Source: Dehalococcoidia bacterium
GTDB taxonomy: Bacteria > Chloroflexota > Dehalococcoidia > SM23-28-2 > RBG-16-64-32
Length of the DNA stretch: 64,000 bases
Assembly (NCBI GenBank): GCA_963665775.2
Contig: CAXXTF010000001.1
Coordinates: 736,001 to 800,000 of the forward strand
Direction of reading: 5' to 3'
Positions 13,308 through 23,142 of the stretch are shown here, piece by piece (within the stretch, counting starts at the first letter, position 1; each line of letters opens with the position of its first letter). A program made the position numbers and the translations under genes. The notes beneath the pieces were generated by a model. The model worked only from the letters and a program-made list of their open reading frames with translations, did not search any database and was not told the origin of the DNA.

Positions 13308-14135
13308 TTACCCTCCGCCGCCCGGGGATGGCAGCTCGCCGATGTCGCCCAGGGCGAAGAGCCAGGCGGTGGCGAGGGAGGTGCGAGTCGCCACTTCTTC
13401 GAGGCTCTCGCCGCGCAGTTCGGCGATGCGCTTAACGGTCTCCGTCAGGTAGGCGGGCTCATTTCTCTGGCCGCGTTGAGACTGCGGTGGCAGGTAGGGG
13501 GCATCCGTCTCCACCGCCATCCAGCGTAAGGGGATGCCGCCGGCTACGGTGCGGACGCGGTCGGCCGAGGGGTAGGTGCAGGTGCCGGGGATCGAGATCA
13601 TGTAGCCGATCTGGATGTAGCGGAGGGCCAGCATCAGGTCTCCGGCGAAGCAGTGCATGACCCCCAGGGGCCGGTCCTTGGGCCAGTCCGGCAGCGCCTG
13701 CTTCTCATGGGCGGAGAGGATTTCGAACGTCTCTTCGTCCGCCTCGCGGGAGTGGATGACGACGGGCAGGCTGAGGGTTCTGGCCAGCTCTAGCTGTTGC
13801 AGAAACGCCTGGCGCTGCCTGTCCGGTGGCGATAGGTTGCGGTAGTAATCGAGGCCGATCTCGCCGATGGCCACAACCTTGGGCGAGTGAGCCAGCCGCC
13901 GGAGCGCGTCTACAACGGGCCCTGTTATCTGCTGGGCGTCGTGAGGGTGGACGCCGACAGCGGCGTAGACGTTCTCCAGGGAATCAGCCAGCTCCACGGC
14001 GCGGCGGCTGCTCTCGAGATCGGTGCCGATGACCACGAGGGTGGAAACGCCGCTCTGGCGGGCGCGGTCCAGCACCGACTGGCGGTCGCCATCGAACTGA
14101 GGGTCTTGGAGGTGGCAGTGCGAGTCTACGAGCAT
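13308..14135 (-). CDS. tatD: TatD-family hydrolase
   Basis: DSHCHL, GVHPH, GEIGLDY, IHSR, HCF and ETDAPY motifs. Confidence 0.93.
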   Translation of the reverse strand: MLVDSHCHLQDPQFDGDRQSVLDRARQSGVSTLVVIGTDLESSRRAVELADSLENVYAAVGVHPHDAQQITGPVVDALRRLAHSPKVVAIGEIGLDYYRNLSPPDRQRQAFLQQLELARTLSLPVVIHSREADEETFEILSAHEKQALPDWPKDRPLGVMHCFAGDLMLALRYIQIGYMISIPGTCTYPSADRVRTVAGGIPLRWMAVETDAPYLPPQSQRGQRNEPAYLTETVKRIAELRGESLEEVATRTSLATAWLFALGDIGELPSPGGGG

Positions 14136-14136
14136 C

Positions 14137-15819
14137 TTAGAGTCCCAGCCCGGCCTCTTCCTCTTCCACGATGGCTGGTTCCAGCTTTCTGAACAAGGGC
14201 TTCGGTTCCGTCAGGGGTTGCCCGGGATTCGGTAGGCGAAGGCGCCAGCCGGCGGTGTCCACGAGACCTTCCTGTCCCAGGTAGCCGTGCAGAGTTTGGC
14301 AGGTGAAGGGCAGGTAAGGGTACAGGGCGACCTTGAGGGCGCTGATGGCGCCGATGGCGGTGTACAGCACGGTGGCGCAGCGGTCGCGGTCCTCCTTGAT
14401 AAGCCTCCAGGGGGCGTTCTCCTCTACATAACGGTTCGCCTCTCGGGCGGCGGCCATGGCCGCCTCAATACCGCCCCTGAAGTGGCAGAGGGAGATGTTC
14501 TCGCCGGTTTCCGTGATCGCCTGCTCCGCCCGGGCCAGGAGGGCGCGGTCGTCGGGCGTGAGTTCGGCGGGCTGGGGCACGGCGCCATCGAAGTTGCGGT
14601 AGGCGAAGGTGAGGACGCGATTGACCAGGTTGCCCCAGGTGGCGACAAGCTCATCGTTGTTGCGGCGGAGGAAGTCGGCCCAGGTGAAGTCGGAGTCCGC
14701 GGTCTCGGGCATGCTGGCCGATAGGTAGTAGCGCAGGGCGTCTGGGTCGTATCGCGACAGGAAGTCGGGGAGCCAGATCGCCATGCGACGGCTGGTGGAG
14801 GCTTTGCCGCCGCGGATGGTCAGGTACTGGTTAGCGGGGACATCGTAGGGGAGGTTGTACTGCTCGCCGGTGGCCGCGTTGTAGGCCATGATTTGGGCCG
14901 GCCAGATGAGGGCGTGGAAGGGGATGTTGTCCTTGCCGATGAAGTAGTAGCTCCTGGCGGATGGGTCCTGCCAGAACTGGCGCCAGGCGTCCGGCTGACC
15001 AGCCCGCTCGGCCCACTCCTTAGCGGCGGAGAGGTAGCCGATGACGGCCTCGAACCAGACGTAGATGCGTTTGTGCTGCCAGCCCTCGACAGGGACGGAG
15101 ACGCCCCAGTCGATGTCGCGGGTGATGGCGCGGTCCCGCAGGCCCTCGCCCAGGATGCCCAGGGAGAAGTTGAGGACGTTCTTGCGCCAGTGTCCCTTAT
15201 CGGCGGCCAGCCACTGCTTGAGCTTATCGTTGTAGGTGCTCAGCCGCAGGAAGAAGTGCTCCGAGTCCCTGATCTCGGGGGTAGAGCCGTCGAAGCGGCA
15301 GCGCCGGTCCTTCAGGTCCGCCGGGTCGAGGACGTTGCCGCAATTGTCGCACTGATCGCCGCGGGCGTTAGGGTCGCCACAGATGGGGCAGGTTCCCTCC
15401 ACGTAGCGGTCGAGGAGGAAGCGCTGCTCTACCGTGCAGTAGGGTAGGGGCATGCTGTCCTTGTATATGTTGTCCGTCTCCAGGAGGCGCAGGAAGATGT
15501 CGTGAGTGGTTCGGGCGTGGTTCTCCGTGCCTGTGCTGGTGTACAGGTCCCAGGTGATGCCCAACTGCTCCCAGCTCTTCTGGAACTCCTCGTGAAAGCG
15601 GGCCGCCACCTCCGCGGGCGTGACCCCCTCCTGCTCAGCCCGGACCGTAATGGGGGTGCCGTGCTGGTCGCTGCCGGAGACCATGAGGACCTGGTTGCCG
15701 ACGGCGCGGTGATAGCGGGCGAAGATGTCGGCTGGCAGGTAAGCGCCCACGATCTGTCCCGTGTGCAGGGAGCCGTTAGCGTAGGGCCAGGCGACGCCGA
15801 TGAATATCTTTTCGGCCAT
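14137..15819 (-). CDS. metG: Methionyl-tRNA synthetase
   Basis: PYANGSLHTGQ (HIGH-like), zinc knuckles, YVWFEA, GKDNIPFH and KASTS. Confidence 0.97.
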   Translation of the reverse strand: MAEKIFIGVAWPYANGSLHTGQIVGAYLPADIFARYHRAVGNQVLMVSGSDQHGTPITVRAEQEGVTPAEVAARFHEEFQKSWEQLGITWDLYTSTGTENHARTTHDIFLRLLETDNIYKDSMPLPYCTVEQRFLLDRYVEGTCPICGDPNARGDQCDNCGNVLDPADLKDRRCRFDGSTPEIRDSEHFFLRLSTYNDKLKQWLAADKGHWRKNVLNFSLGILGEGLRDRAITRDIDWGVSVPVEGWQHKRIYVWFEAVIGYLSAAKEWAERAGQPDAWRQFWQDPSARSYYFIGKDNIPFHALIWPAQIMAYNAATGEQYNLPYDVPANQYLTIRGGKASTSRRMAIWLPDFLSRYDPDALRYYLSASMPETADSDFTWADFLRRNNDELVATWGNLVNRVLTFAYRNFDGAVPQPAELTPDDRALLARAEQAITETGENISLCHFRGGIEAAMAAAREANRYVEENAPWRLIKEDRDRCATVLYTAIGAISALKVALYPYLPFTCQTLHGYLGQEGLVDTAGWRLRLPNPGQPLTEPKPLFRKLEPAIVEEEEAGLGL

Positions 15820-15866
15820 GAGGGTTCGGTTGGAATTTTAGCATAGGCGGACGTCTCGCTCCCGCA

Positions 15867-16697
15867 CTATTGAGGTCCGTCGGGTGTCGTCTCCACCCAG
15901 AGGCGGTAGACATCGCGGCGCGGCAGGCTCAGGCGGCGGGCCACCTGGCTCACTGCTTGGCGCGGGGAGAGGCCCTCGGCCTTGAGCTGCCGTAGCTCCT
16001 CCCGCACGACCTCTTCAGGTGCGGATGCCAGGGCCGGCAGGGCGCCCTCGACGACCAGGGTGAACTCGCCGCGCGGTTCCAGGAAGTGCTCCAAGGCCTC
16101 GGCGGTGCGGCCGCGGAAGAGCTCTTCGAAGGCCTTGGTGAGCTCGCGGCAGACGGTCAGGCGGCGGTCGCCCCAGACGGCGAGCATGTCGGCGAGAGCC
16201 CGACGCAGCCGGTGCGGCGACTCGAAGGCCACGATGGTGCGCCGTTCGTCCGCCAGGGAGGCCAGGAGACGGCGTCGCTCGGTCGGACGGCGGGGGAGGA
16301 AGCCGAGGAAGGTGAACTGGCGGCTGGACAGACCAGAGACGGCCAGGGCTGCAGTGATGGCCGAGGGGCCGGGTACGGCTATCACAGGATAGCCGGCTTC
16401 GGTGACGGCTACCACCAGCTCGTGGCCGGGGTCGCTGATGCCGGGCATGCCGGCCTCGGAGACCAGGGCCACGTCGCCGCCGGAGAGGGCAGCCAGAATC
16501 CTGGGAGTGCGCTGGCGCATATTGTGTTCGCTATAGCTGATGAGCCGCTTGCGGATGTCGTAGTGGGTCAGCAGCTTTCGGGTCGTGCGGGTGTCCTCGG
16601 CGGCGATAAGGGAGACTTCGCGCAGGGCCCGCAAGGCCCTCAGGGTGACGTCTTCCAGGTTGCCGATAGGGGTGCCGACGAGGTAGAGAGTGGACAT
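15867..16697 (-). CDS. rsmI: 16S rRNA (cytidine-2'-O)-methyltransferase
   Basis: TPIGNLED, AEDTR, SEAGMPGISDPG, FESPHR and CRELTK motifs. Confidence 0.95.
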   Translation of the reverse strand: MSTLYLVGTPIGNLEDVTLRALRALREVSLIAAEDTRTTRKLLTHYDIRKRLISYSEHNMRQRTPRILAALSGGDVALVSEAGMPGISDPGHELVVAVTEAGYPVIAVPGPSAITAALAVSGLSSRQFTFLGFLPRRPTERRRLLASLADERRTIVAFESPHRLRRALADMLAVWGDRRLTVCRELTKAFEELFRGRTAEALEHFLEPRGEFTLVVEGALPALASAPEEVVREELRQLKAEGLSPRQAVSQVARRLSLPRRDVYRLWVETTPDGPQ

Positions 16698-16773
16698 TTT
16701 TGGATAGTACCGCGATCTAGTTTATCCGATGGGGAAGGTACACAGCTCCCGCTTCCAAGAGGGCGCTGAGCCG

Positions 16774-16803
16774 TTGACGAGGGAGCGCCCTTCTTGATAT
16801 ATT
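16774..16803 (+). promoter_or_regulatory. Sigma70-type promoter for the GuaB3 gene
   Basis: TTGACG, 18 nt, then TATATT preceded by TGn (extended -10), 45 nt before the ATG. Confidence 0.45.
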
Positions 16804-16848
16804 ATCTGAAAGTCCCCCGGGTGTTTTCCATGACTGAGGCGAGGTAGT

Positions 16849-17985
16849 ATGAGTCTATCTATCGGCAGGGAACTCCGGCCTGCCTACGGGTTCGACGAAG
16901 TGGCCATCGTCCCTGGTTCCGTTACTGTCAACCCGGAGCTCACCGATGTCCATCTTAGCATCCGCGAGTTCAACTTCGACCTGCCAATCGTGGCCGCGGC
17001 GCTGGATGCGGTGGTGGACCCCAGCTTCGCCGCTGCCGTTGGCCGGCGCGGTGGGCTGGCGGTGATGAACCTGGAGGGCGTCCAGACCCGCTACGATGAC
17101 CCCGATGCAGCCATCGCCGAGATCGTCGGTGCGCCTCAACCGGACTCGGCGGCGGTGATCCAGAGACTGTACGCGTCTCCCGTCAAGGAGGAGCTGGTCG
17201 GTCGACGGGTGCGGGCCATCAAGGAGGGCGGTGCCGTCTGCGCCGTCTCCTGCACTCCGGCCAATACCAAGCGATTGGCTCCCATCGCCGTCGATGCGGG
17301 GGCCGATATTCTGGTCGTGCAGTCGACAGTCACCACGGCCCGCCACATCTCGCGCAGCGCCCGCGGCCTGATCTTCGAGGAGCTGTGCGAGAACGTCCGC
17401 GCGCCGGTGCTGGTGGGGAACACTGTAAGCTTCGGCGCCACCAAGGAGCTGATGGAGACGGGGATCGCCGGTGTCCTGGTGGGCGTTGGGCCTGGGGCCA
17501 TCTGCACCTCCCGCGAGGTCTTGGGGGTGGGCCTGCCTCAGGTGACCGCCACCCTGGAGTGTGCGGCCGCTCGAGACCAGTACTACCGGGAGACCGGCCG
17601 CTACGTGCCGATCATCACGGATGGCGGGATGCGTAACGGCGGCGATGTCTGTAAGGCGCTGGCCGCCGGGGCAGACGCCGTCATGTTGGGCTCCGCCTTC
17701 GCGCGGACGGAGGAGGCCCCAGCCAAGGGGTTCTCCTGGGGGATGTCCACGGGCCACGCCGAGCTGCCCCGGGGCACCCGTATTCAGGTCGGCGTGGACA
17801 CGACGCTGGACCGCCTGCTGCTCGGCCCCACGTCCCGTACCGACGGGACGGAGAACCTGGTGGGTGCCATTCGTACCTGTATGGGCGTGTGTGGGGCCCA
17901 GACCATAGGCGAGTTCCACGACACGGAGCTCACCGTCGCGCCCTCGATCAAGACCGAGGGTAAGGTCTACCAGCTCTCGCGCTAA
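16849..17985 (+). CDS. guaB: GuaB3-family IMP dehydrogenase-related protein
   Basis: YGFDEVAIVPG, GVGPGAICTSR, ITDGG and MLGS motifs; no CBS domains. Confidence 0.88.
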   Translation: MSLSIGRELRPAYGFDEVAIVPGSVTVNPELTDVHLSIREFNFDLPIVAAALDAVVDPSFAAAVGRRGGLAVMNLEGVQTRYDDPDAAIAEIVGAPQPDSAAVIQRLYASPVKEELVGRRVRAIKEGGAVCAVSCTPANTKRLAPIAVDAGADILVVQSTVTTARHISRSARGLIFEELCENVRAPVLVGNTVSFGATKELMETGIAGVLVGVGPGAICTSREVLGVGLPQVTATLECAAARDQYYRETGRYVPIITDGGMRNGGDVCKALAAGADAVMLGSAFARTEEAPAKGFSWGMSTGHAELPRGTRIQVGVDTTLDRLLLGPTSRTDGTENLVGAIRTCMGVCGAQTIGEFHDTELTVAPSIKTEGKVYQLSR

Positions 17986-18875
17986 AGCGTCATCTTTAGC
18001 TGTCCCATCGTCTGCTGAGGCTCCCGTGGCTGGTTGAAGCCCCACTTTTCGCGTAGCTCCGCCACCTTGGCCAGCACCTCCTGGGTGTACTGCTTGGGGG
18101 CGTAGGAGCCCCGATAATACTTAGCGTATCGGGCCAGCAGGTGAGGGTAGGCGTCCCGCAGGACGGGCATGAACCACTCTTTGGTCCCAGGTTTCAGGTG
18201 AAGGACGTTGGGCCCAATGAAGCTGGCGCCGTGCTCTCTGGCTGCCTGGAGAACTTCCCCTAAGTGTCCTTCGTCATCGGTGACGCCGGGGATGATGGGG
18301 GCCAGCATGACGCCGCAGGGGACGCCTGCCTCCACCAGCCGCCGCATCGCCTGGAGCCGCTTGATTGGCTTGGCCGTGCCCGGCTCCAGCTTCCGCCAGA
18401 CTTCGTCATCTAGGGTTGGCACACTAAAGCCGATGCCGCAATCAGCTACCCGAACTAGACGTCGCCAGACTTCGATGTCCCTTGTGACCAGGGGCGACTT
18501 AGTTAGCATGTGCACCGGCTGCGCGAAGTCAGCCATCGTCTGCAAGATACGCCGCGTGATGGCGTACTTCGCCTCGGCTTGCTGGTAGGGGTCGCAGGCC
18601 GTGCCGAGGACGATAAGCTCCCGCTGCCAACCCGGGCGACGCAGCTCCTGCCGCAAGACTTCCGGTGCGTTCACCTTCACCACGATGCGCGTGTCGAAGT
18701 CGCGGCCGGAGTCATACCCCAGATACTGGTGGGTGCCGCGAGCAAAGCAGTAGACGCAGGCGTGCTGACAGCCGCGATAAGGGTTGATCGACCATCTAAA
18801 GCCCATGCCCGGCGCCTGGACACGGTTGATGAGTGACTTACACTGGATCTCCTCAAAGATAAGGTTTGACGGCAT
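17982..18875 (-). CDS. Radical SAM protein, SplB-like / Rv2578c family
   Basis: INPYRGCQHACVYCFAR (CxxxCxxC) and TACDPYQ. ATG at 18875 follows GAAGG. Confidence 0.9.
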   Translation of the reverse strand: MPSNLIFEEIQCKSLINRVQAPGMGFRWSINPYRGCQHACVYCFARGTHQYLGYDSGRDFDTRIVVKVNAPEVLRQELRRPGWQRELIVLGTACDPYQQAEAKYAITRRILQTMADFAQPVHMLTKSPLVTRDIEVWRRLVRVADCGIGFSVPTLDDEVWRKLEPGTAKPIKRLQAMRRLVEAGVPCGVMLAPIIPGVTDDEGHLGEVLQAAREHGASFIGPNVLHLKPGTKEWFMPVLRDAYPHLLARYAKYYRGSYAPKQYTQEVLAKVAELREKWGFNQPREPQQTMGQLKMTL

Positions 18876-18900
18876 AGTGTGCGCACCTTCTCTTCCACAA

Positions 18901-18922
18901 GTGTAGTACATACGTACTACAC
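18901..18922. promoter_or_regulatory. Palindromic operator, candidate LexA (SOS) box
   Basis: GTGTAGTAC-ATAC-GTACTACAC, perfect 9-bp arms, 25 nt upstream of the SplB-like gene. Confidence 0.6.
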
Positions 18923-18940
18923 CCTGTCCAGGGGAAGGTG

Positions 18941-19837
18941 TCACTGAGGGCGAATGCAGAGCACCCGGTCCAGGCCCGACAGGTCTGGCTTGACCTCGAT
19001 CCGCGCTGCGGGGAAGGCCTCTCGCGCCAGCCTACCCGCCGACTCGCCCTGCTGGTCGCCGATCTCCACGAAGAGGGCGCCGCCGGCCTTGAGGTAGCCT
19101 GGGGCCTGCCGCAGGAGACGCTCGATAAGTCGCAGGCCGTCGGGTCCGCCGTCCAGCGCCTCCCTGGGCTCGTGCTCGCGGATTTCGGGCGGCAACCTCT
19201 CCCAAACCGCGGTAGGGACGTATGGGAGGTTGGCGGCGATGATGTCGGCCCTTCGACTCGAAGCCCGGCGGTAGCCGGGATTCGGCTCAGGGTGAGCGGA
19301 GAGGGGCTCTAGGAGCTGGCCGGGGAGGAGGCGGATGCGCTGGTCCAGGCCGTGACGGTGGGCGTTACGCTGCGCTAGTGCCAGGGCTTCCGGGGAGACG
19401 TCTGTGGCGATGATCTGCGCTTGGGGGAGCTCATGGGCGACGGCCACGGCGATGGCGCCGCAGCCCACGCCGACATCTATCAGGAGGAAGGGCTCGTTGC
19501 GGAAGCGGTCCCGGGCGAAGGCCGTCACGAGTCCCACCAGCACCTCTGTGTCCGGTCGGGGGATAAGGGCCGCCGGAGTGACCGCGAAGTCCAGGCCGTA
19601 GAACTCCTTGTGGCCCATGAGGTAGGCCGTGGGCTCGTGGGCCAGGCGGCGCTCCAGCAGGGAGCCGTAGGCCTGCTCCGGCGTGGGGAGCAGCGGGTCG
19701 CGCAGCCGCTGATAGAGGTGGACGCGGTCAATATCGAGGGTGTGGGCCAGCAGGAGCTCAGCCTCCAGGTTCGCCTCGTCGCTTCCGGCCTGGGCCAGGA
19801 GGTGCGTGCCGTGACGGAGCGCCTCCTGGACGGTCAC
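18941..19837 (-). CDS. prmC: Release factor glutamine methyltransferase
   Basis: EPTAYLMG..EFYG, LIPRPDTE, DVGVGCGAI, ANLPY and ALDGG motifs; follows prfA. Confidence 0.95.
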   Translation of the reverse strand: MTVQEALRHGTHLLAQAGSDEANLEAELLLAHTLDIDRVHLYQRLRDPLLPTPEQAYGSLLERRLAHEPTAYLMGHKEFYGLDFAVTPAALIPRPDTEVLVGLVTAFARDRFRNEPFLLIDVGVGCGAIAVAVAHELPQAQIIATDVSPEALALAQRNAHRHGLDQRIRLLPGQLLEPLSAHPEPNPGYRRASSRRADIIAANLPYVPTAVWERLPPEIREHEPREALDGGPDGLRLIERLLRQAPGYLKAGGALFVEIGDQQGESAGRLAREAFPAARIEVKPDLSGLDRVLCIRPQ

Positions 19838-20904
19838 GTCAGTTGCGCCTCCAGCAGGCGGGTCTGCTCCTGTTCGGCCAAGGCCTCGATGATATCGTCG
19901 ATATCGCCATCCAGGAGGCCGGGCAGCTTGTGGCGGCTGAGGCCGACGCGGTGGTCGGTCACCCGATCCTGGGGGAAGTTATAGGTGCGGATCTTCTCCG
20001 CGCGGTCGCCGGCGCCTACCTGGGCGCGACGGTTGGAATCGATCTCCTCCCGCTGCTCGCGCTGCTTGATGTCCAGCAGGCGGGAGCGCAGGACGGCCAT
20101 CGCCTTGAGGCGGTTCTTAAGCTGAGAGCGCTCGTCCTGGCAGGCGGCGACAATGCCCGTGGGCAGGTGGGTGATGCGCACGGCGGTGGCGTTCTTCTGG
20201 ACGTTCTGACCACCGTGGCCGCTGGCGTTGAAGATATCGATGCGTAGCTCCTTCTCATCGATGTGAATGTCAACGTCGTCGGCCGCCGGCAGGACAGCCA
20301 CCGTAGCGGTCGAGGTGTGGATGCGGCCGCTGGCCTCGGTCAAGGGGACGCGCTGCACGCGGTGGACACCGCTCTCGTACTTGAGGCGGCTGTAGGCGCC
20401 ACGACCGTGGACCTCGAAGGTGATCTCCTTGAGGCCGCCCAGGTCGCTGGGGTGGGAGTCCAGGACCTCGGTGCCCCAGCCTTGACGCTCAGCGTAGCGG
20501 CTGTAGACGCGGAAGAGATCGGCGGCGAAGAGAGAGGCCTCCGTGCCCCCGGCGGCGGCCCGAATCTCCACGATGACATCCTTGTCGTCGTAGGGGTCCT
20601 TGGGCACCAGGACGCGGTGAAGCTTCTCCTCCAGGCCCTGCACCTGGGCCTCGTCGCTGGCGATCTCCTCACGGGCCAGGGCCACCAGCTCCGCATCGCC
20701 GCCTTCCTCCATGATGCTGCGGGCCTGGGCCAGCGAGTCCTGAAGGCGGCGGTACTCGTTCAGGAGCGTCACGATCCCCTCCAAGGAGGCGTGCTCCCGG
20801 GCCAGGGCCTGTAGCCGATCGAAGTTGGCGGCTACCTCGGGCCGGGCCATCTCGGCCTCGGTCTGGTGATAGCGCTGTTCTATCTCTTTTAGCTTGTCCC
20901 ACAT
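19834..20904 (-). CDS. prfA: Peptide chain release factor 1
   Basis: ESGVHRVQRVPLTE (PxT), GGQ and RTYNFPQDR. Confidence 0.97.
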   Translation of the reverse strand: MWDKLKEIEQRYHQTEAEMARPEVAANFDRLQALAREHASLEGIVTLLNEYRRLQDSLAQARSIMEEGGDAELVALAREEIASDEAQVQGLEEKLHRVLVPKDPYDDKDVIVEIRAAAGGTEASLFAADLFRVYSRYAERQGWGTEVLDSHPSDLGGLKEITFEVHGRGAYSRLKYESGVHRVQRVPLTEASGRIHTSTATVAVLPAADDVDIHIDEKELRIDIFNASGHGGQNVQKNATAVRITHLPTGIVAACQDERSQLKNRLKAMAVLRSRLLDIKQREQREEIDSNRRAQVGAGDRAEKIRTYNFPQDRVTDHRVGLSRHKLPGLLDGDIDDIIEALAEQEQTRLLEAQLT

Positions 20905-21008
20905 GGTATCTCTATCCAGACGCAGATAGGCCCCCAGATACGGGGGCCCGATGTGATTATAGCACGCAAGCCGGATAGCTGGTGGAGTCGGAACTCTCGC
21001 TAGGAGCC

Positions 21009-21209
21009 CTAGTCGTCGCTGCTAGTTCGTTTTCCGCCCGGCTTCAGAGCCTTCGTCATCTCGCTTAGCAGGCTCTCATCAGCCTGGTCGGCATCTTGGA
21101 GAATGCTCTGGAGAGCCGGGTCAGGCTGGTCTGCGATTTCACTGGCCGTTGTCGCCTCTGGCTGACTATCGGCAGTCGTTTCTTCTGAGGGCGCCTGCTC
21201 CTGCGTCAT
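21009..21209 (-). CDS. Small acidic hypothetical protein
   Basis: 66-aa ORF with a GAAGAGG RBS, directly after the upstream gene. Confidence 0.45.
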   Translation of the reverse strand: MTQEQAPSEETTADSQPEATTASEIADQPDPALQSILQDADQADESLLSEMTKALKPGGKRTSSDD

Positions 21210-21219
21210 TTCTACCTCT

Positions 21220-21717
21220 TCAATCTGATGCGCGCTGTAGCATCAGCGCGATTACGAGGGTAAGCGTCTGAATCACTAAGAGTATTATAGCAGCTTTGAT
21301 GTTCCATACCTTTGATTCAAGGAGTGCGCTGTTCAATTCAAATGATTCAATTCTATTAGCGGTGACCCGGCGCTTCGTGAAGTCAGCTGACTGGAACAAG
21401 TATAGGTCTCTGAGGGGCCTTGGCTCGGGATCTCGCCGGAAATTGCGTAACCAGTAGCCGCGGAACGCAAACAGCATCGCAAATGCATAAAAGATGGTGC
21501 CTGCCAAGAGTAATATGAGCGGCCAGCCGTCGAGATCCTCTCGGGACATCGTGGCCTGTAATCCGGCAGCGATCGTCATGACAAGGCTTGCGACTGATAG
21601 AACGGTGCCGGCTTTGGCATCTAATGTATCGACTTGGTGTAGCTGGATATCCAGCCTCTCCTTTACTTCCTCGTAAACGATGTCTAGGCTTGGCGGATGA
21701 GGCAGCTGCTGGATCAT
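21220..21717 (-). CDS. 3-TM membrane protein resembling Pycsar-effector/DUF5706-type domains
   Basis: LDAKAGTVL followed by two TM helices, a loop, then K.W plus a third TM. More AT-rich than its flanks; ATGA-coupled to hisS. Confidence 0.5.
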   Translation of the reverse strand: MIQQLPHPPSLDIVYEEVKERLDIQLHQVDTLDAKAGTVLSVASLVMTIAAGLQATMSREDLDGWPLILLLAGTIFYAFAMLFAFRGYWLRNFRRDPEPRPLRDLYLFQSADFTKRRVTANRIESFELNSALLESKVWNIKAAIILLVIQTLTLVIALMLQRASD

Positions 21718-22982
21718 TTTGGTTCCTCTTGGACGCGCGCGGCCACGTCGGTCATCGGCACCGTCTCCTGGAAGCCGTCGGCCAGGCGGCGCAGCGTGAC
21801 CGTGCCCCCTTGCAGCTCGCGCTGGCCAATGATGGCGGCGTAGGCGACGCCCAGGGCGTCGGCCTGCCGCATCTGGGCCTTGAGGGAGCGCTTGCCGCCG
21901 GCGGCCAGAGTGGCGACGCCCTGTCGCCGCAGGTCGGAGGCGAGGCGAAAGGCCTGCGAACGGGCGGCCGCCGTCTGGAAGGCGACGAAGACCTGGATCT
22001 GTTGGGCCGCCGGGACCGGCTGACCCTGTCGCTTCAGGTTAATGATGACCCGCTCCACGCCGCAGCCGAAGCCGATGCCCGGCGTGGGCCGGCCTCCCAG
22101 CTGCTCGATGAGGCCGTCGTAGCGGCCGCCGCTGCCGATGCTGCTTTGAGCCCCCTCCTCCGACGGCTGGACCTCGAAGACGGTTCGGGAGTAGTAGTCC
22201 AGGCCGCGCACCAGGCGGGGGTTCAGAGCGCAAGGGATGCCTACCTCATCCAGGTAGGAGCGCAGCCGCTGGAAGTGCTCGCTGCAGTCGTCGCACAGGT
22301 AGTCGGTGAAAGGCGGCGCTTCAGCGATGAGCGGCTGGCAGCGTTCCTGCTTGCAGTCCAGCAGCCGTAGCGGGTTGTACTCGTAGCGGCCCTGGCAGTC
22401 GTTACAGACCAGCTTGAGCTTATCGCGGTAGTAGTCGCGCAAGAGCTGGAGGTAGGCGGGCCGGCAGTTGGCGTCGCCGATGGAGTTCAGGTGAAGGGTG
22501 AGACCGGTCAGGCCCAGCTCCTCGAAGAGGCGCCAGAGGAGCTCGATAACCTCGGCGTCCACGGCGGCGTCGGCCTCGCCGATCGCTTCGATACCGAACT
22601 GAGTGTGCTGGCGGTAGCGCCCGGCCTGGGGTCGGTCGTAGCGGAAGATGGGCGACCAGTACCAGAGGCGGACCGGCTGGGGCAGGACGTGCATGCCGTT
22701 CTGGAGATAGGCGCGGCAGATGGGGGCTGTTCCCTCGGGCCGGAGGGCCAGCTCCTGACCTCCCCGGTCCTGAAAGACGTACATCTCCCTCTGGACGATG
22801 TCCGTGGCCTCCCCGACGCTGCGGCTGAACAGGGATGCTTCCTCGAAGACGGGCGTCTCCAGGCGCTTGTAGCCGAAGGCAGCGCAGAGGCGGCTCGCGG
22901 TATCCTGAACGAAGTCCCGGTAGGGTTGATCCTGAGGGAGGACGTCCAGGGTGCCCCTGGGTGCCCGGTACTGTAGCGGCAT
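21714..22982 (-). CDS. hisS: Histidyl-tRNA synthetase
   Basis: PRGT.D, LRPEGTA, RYDRPQAGRYRQ, LVRGLDYY and GGRYD motifs. Confidence 0.97.
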   Translation of the reverse strand: MPLQYRAPRGTLDVLPQDQPYRDFVQDTASRLCAAFGYKRLETPVFEEASLFSRSVGEATDIVQREMYVFQDRGGQELALRPEGTAPICRAYLQNGMHVLPQPVRLWYWSPIFRYDRPQAGRYRQHTQFGIEAIGEADAAVDAEVIELLWRLFEELGLTGLTLHLNSIGDANCRPAYLQLLRDYYRDKLKLVCNDCQGRYEYNPLRLLDCKQERCQPLIAEAPPFTDYLCDDCSEHFQRLRSYLDEVGIPCALNPRLVRGLDYYSRTVFEVQPSEEGAQSSIGSGGRYDGLIEQLGGRPTPGIGFGCGVERVIINLKRQGQPVPAAQQIQVFVAFQTAAARSQAFRLASDLRRQGVATLAAGGKRSLKAQMRQADALGVAYAAIIGQRELQGGTVTLRRLADGFQETVPMTDVAARVQEEPK

Positions 22983-23142
22983 GGGTCTCCTTGTCCTGTA
23001 ACTCGATGCCGAGCATACTAGAAGCTCATAGGTGATGCAAAAGGAGGGAGTGCTAGGACAGTCCCGCCTGAAGACGGGGGCAGCGAATGGAGCTATCGAT
23101 GCCGCAGCCCTCGGGCTGTGGTGGCATTGCTAAGGAGGGATT

